NCBI RefSeq assembly: GCF_009914755.1
Contig: NC_060927.1
Length of the DNA: 64,000 bases
Source: the human T2T-CHM13v2.0 reference genome, Homo sapiens
Direction: 5' to 3' (one strand)
The position numbers and the translations under genes are program-made. Shown here one piece after another: positions 59,816-64,000 of the stretch (positions are counted from its first letter, which is position 1; every line of letters begins with the position of its first letter). The notes beneath the pieces are model-generated. The model worked only from the letters and a program-made list of their open reading frames with translations. It was not told where the DNA came from and did not search any database.

Positions 59816-60339
59816 CATATAAGAGAGATATATTACTCTGTATCAGTAACTCACTCTTAGCTTTAAGTAACTCTTACTTACGGATGAATACAGAGTTACA
59901 TATCTCTCTTATATGAGTATACACACATATATACACACATAGATGTGTATGACAGAGAGAAATAAAAAGGTGGGAGAGAGATTGAGATTTTAAAGCATTG
60001 GCTCATGCGATAGTGGAGGCTGGTAAATCCAACATCTGCAGGGTGGCCCAGCTGGCTGGAGGCCTTAGGGAAGAGTTGGTATTGCAGTTCAACTTTGAAG
60101 ACAGTCTGCTGGCAGAATCCCCTCCTCCGCGGGGGAGGTCAGTCCTTTCTCTCAAAGCCTTCAACTTATTGGGTGAGGCCCACTCACATTATTGAGGGTA
60201 GTCTGCTTGACTCAAAGTCTATTGATGTAAATGTGAATCTCATTTAAAAATACCTTCATAGAAACACCTGCAATAAGGTTGGAGCAAATATCTGGGTACC
60301 GTGGGGTAGTGAAGCTGACACATGACCTTAATCATCACA
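59715..60339 (-). mobile_element. MLT2B-like ERVL LTR containing (GT)20 at 59775-59814
   Basis: TGTATTAGTCAGGGTTCTCCAG...TTAATCATCACA; 5-bp TSD CACAG/CAAAG. Confidence 0.88.
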
Positions 60340-61084
60340 CAAAGTGACAAGAATCTAGTGCTTCGTTCACCTCCTTTGACAATGAAAAACAAAAACAACA
60401 ACAACAAAACAGAGAATATAGTGCTTTGTGGATGCCAGACACTGTGCAAGACACTTTCCATATATTAATTCACCATCTCTTTCACCACAATCGTTTGAAG
60501 TAGGTGCTGTTATTATGCCCATTGTAAAAATAGAAAACTTAGCACCGAGAGGATGAATCATCTGCGCAAGGTCATACTGCCAGGGATTTGTGCTCCCGAC
60601 TGCAACAATAAACTGTCAGCTCCATCAGGACAGAGCCCATACGTGTGGTACCTGCTGTGCCTAGCACAATGGATATCCTAACAGCTAATTCATTCAACCT
60701 CTTGGATTCCTTCAGACAATGAGATATTTTTTCTGAATCAATTAGCTGTTTTGTTTTTGGTTTTGTCTTGTAGATGAAGCCTCAATGTAAGATATACTTT
60801 GTGAGTCTGAAATACTCCCAGGCAATTAGTGACAATGTGCTGTGGGAATGAATTTGGATGGCATAGTGAATGAAGGCATGCATACTTCATTTAAGTGTGG
60901 ATACAGGTTTTAAGGAGATAATGTAAGTTTCCAAGTTGACTTGTTCATGTCATGGAAATGGCCCAGGCAGGGAGAAAACCTGGAGTTACTATAAAATATG
61001 TATTAAGTACAAACATCCCATCAGTGTAAAATTTTTGATCATGCATTCCCAATATTCGTATATGTATTTATAAATTACATAATG

Positions 61085-61375
61085 GGCAGGGTGCGATGGC
61101 TCACACCTGTAATCCCAGCACTGGGGGAAGCTGAGGTGGGTGGATCACCTGAAGTCAAGAGTTTGAGACCAGCCTGGCCAACATGACAAAACCCTGTCTC
61201 TACTAAAAATACAAAAATTAGCCGGGCATGGTGGAGCATGCCTGTAGTCCCAGCTACCCAGGAGGCTGAGGTGGGAGGAACGCTTGAACCCAGAAGTCAG
61301 AGGTTGCAGAGAGCTGAGATCATGCCACTGCACTCCAGCCCGGGTGACACAGGGAGACCCTGTCTCAAATAAAAG
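61085..61375 (+). mobile_element. AluS
   Basis: Alu consensus. Confidence 0.92.
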
Positions 61376-62483
61376 ATATAAATTATATAATGCACAATTG
61401 CAACGATGCATAAATGCTTTATAATGTATACACAAATAATGAATTTTGAAAAGGATGAGATAAGAAATAAATGTTAATTGAAATTCTACATTCTTTTTGA
61501 TTTTCACACTTCAGTAATTCTTCTTGTGCCCTCCCCACTGTGGTTTTAATTGACTTAGAATCTTGTGTAATTGAAAGCTTTTCCTGCCATACAACTTATT
61601 GAGAAATGAATTGGCTTGCCCCATTGACACCAAGTATTCAATGATATAATGTAGCTCAGCAGAAGAGCACAGTGAGAATTAAATGAGATAATATGTGCGG
61701 CACTTGTTGTTATCACAAGAGATGCCTTATTGCAGAGTTGCTAAAGAGCGCAGACTCCAGAGGCTGACACCTGGGTGCAAATCCCAGCTTCACCATGTAC
61801 TAGCTGTAATCTATTAAATGAGGTTTTTGTGGGGATTAAATGAATTAAAAACAATAAACAAGTAAAATTCTTATTAACACCTGGCATGTACTAAGTAAGC
61901 ACTATATAAACATTATTGGGTGCACCACAAGCACCCATAAATGTTAACTGTTCTTAATTGTAAAAACCAAAAATGTAATGACATACACTGAGGTCATTTG
62001 ACCTTCATCCTTTTCGCTTTGTTCACCCCAGGGCTATACGATAAAAATGTTCTGAATGATGACTCTGAAGTACTGCCACAGGATTCCATTCATTTGAGTA
62101 CCCGTCACAATTTTTGCTACATCTGAGTACCACCCGTACCATCATTAATATTTGTCTTTAAATCAAGTTGGGCTTAACACCAAGATCTATTTCATTATTT
62201 CCAAGAGCAGTAATATTGGTGAAATCATGTATTTGATGTGCTATAACATTTATTTTCCTAAAAATATATGGCAATAAACATATAGCCATTAAAACATTTC
62301 CCAAAGGAAATCTTACATTATACAATCCTTAAGTCGTGAATGTTTCAATTATATTTATTCTACTTAATGAGATACAAGGATATAAGAACACGTTTTCTAT
62401 TTAACCAAGTTTCTTTCAGGACACCCTAGTTCCCTAGAAGTTTAATGAATTAGGATTCTAATGTTTTAATTTTTGATACTTGA

Positions 62484-62804
<321 letters not shown>

Positions 62805-63334
62805 AATACTTGATCATTATTTTCTTTTGGATGAAAAGAATTTCAGTTTCTTTTACTTTTCCTCACTGGGCTATTTCATAATAATTAGATTTTATTTAAA
62901 TAAATAAGACCTATATACAAAGTTTGATCATTGTTATCACAGGGGAACTACAAGTGTCAGGTTAAATTATATCAAATTAACCAGTTTCCCCATGCATGCA
63001 TATGATAGACAGATTAGAGAAAAAGCTAACCTACATCTAGAATGCCAAAAGAGAAATTCTACCATATTCAAATTAAACTGATTCCTATCAAAAGTGTACA
63101 ATTCCTACCTTGAAACAGATTGTAAATAATGTTCCAAGCAATTCTGAGCTAAAGTGAATCAGATTTTTTTTTTTTAAGAGACAGGGTCTCGCTCTGTCAC
63201 CCAGGCTGGAGTGCAGTGGTAAGATCATAGCTCACTGTAAGCTTGAACTCTTAGGCTTGAGCTGGGCCTCATGAAGAGCTGGGGCTATAGGCACATGCTA
63301 CCAGGCCAGGCTATTTTTAAAGAAAATTCTAATT

Positions 63335-63945
63335 AGTTCAGCCACTGTGAAAAGTAGTTTGGAGATTTCTCAAAGAACTAAAAAGAGAACTACCATTCGA
63401 CCCAGCAATCCCATTACTGGGTATATACCCAAAGGAAAACAAATTGTTCTACCAGAGACACCTGTACTTGTATGTTTGTTGCAGCGATATTCACAATAGC
63501 AAATATATGGAATGAATCTAGCTGTCCATCAATGGTGGATTGAATTTTAAAAATGTAGTACATATACACTAATGGAGTACTACATAGTCATAGAAAAGTA
63601 CAAAATCACATCCTTTGCAGCAACACGGATGCAGCTGGAGGTCATTATCTTAAGTGAATTAATGCAGAAACAGAAAACCGAATATTGCATCTTCTCACTT
63701 ATAAGTGGGAGCTAATCCTTGAGTACGCATAGACATAAAAATGGGAACAGTGGACGCTGGAGACTCCAAAAGGGGGGAGGGAGCAGGGAGTGAGGGGACA
63801 AGGGCTGAAAAACTTCCTACTGGGTACTATGCGGGGTAATGGGACCAATTGAAGCCCAAATCTCAGCATCACGCATATATACCCTTGTAGCAATATACCC
63901 TTGTAACAAACCTGCACATTTATCCCAATCCAAAATAAAAATTTA
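63335..63945 (+). mobile_element. L1 (L1PA/PB-like) 3' fragment nested in a minus-strand AluJ (63164-63322 and 63949-64000)
   Basis: GAACTACCATTCGACCCAGCAATCCCATTACTGGGTATATACCCAAAGG...GTAACAAACCTGCACAT. Confidence 0.9.
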
Positions 63946-64000
63946 AACTTTTTTTTTTTTTTTGGAAAGACAAGGTCTTAGTATTTTGCCCAGGCTAGTC

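Overview
Primate genomic DNA, very likely human (I recognise it as the chr3p13 PROK2 locus). The only protein-coding gene I can support is PROK2 (prokineticin 2 / Bv8) on the minus strand. It has four coding exons (28283-28188, 24823-24698, the alternatively spliced basic exon 17742-17680, and 16063-15959), all joined by phase-0 GT-AG introns, giving the 129-aa long or 108-aa short precursor. The promoter is a CpG island with a TATA-like box, an AP-1 site, four CACGTG E-boxes and a perfect CRE, and the 3'UTR is AU-rich. The rest of the window is non-coding and dense in repeats: about 35 Alus, MaLR/ERVL LTRs, MER DNA transposons, L1/L2/MIR fragments and microsatellites. Almost all ORFs in the track are Alu or GC-rich shadow frames. 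I see no convincing new multi-gene system. The most unusual signals are structural scars: a ~200-bp AT-rich nested palindrome at 56.4 kb, a second hairpin beside a (GT)20 at 59.8 kb, a triple-Alu stack with an apparent ~80-bp duplication and chimeric AluY/AluSc, and several template-switch micro-rearrangements. There are also testable regulatory hypotheses for PROK2. Repeat boundaries and subfamily calls are by eye and approximate.
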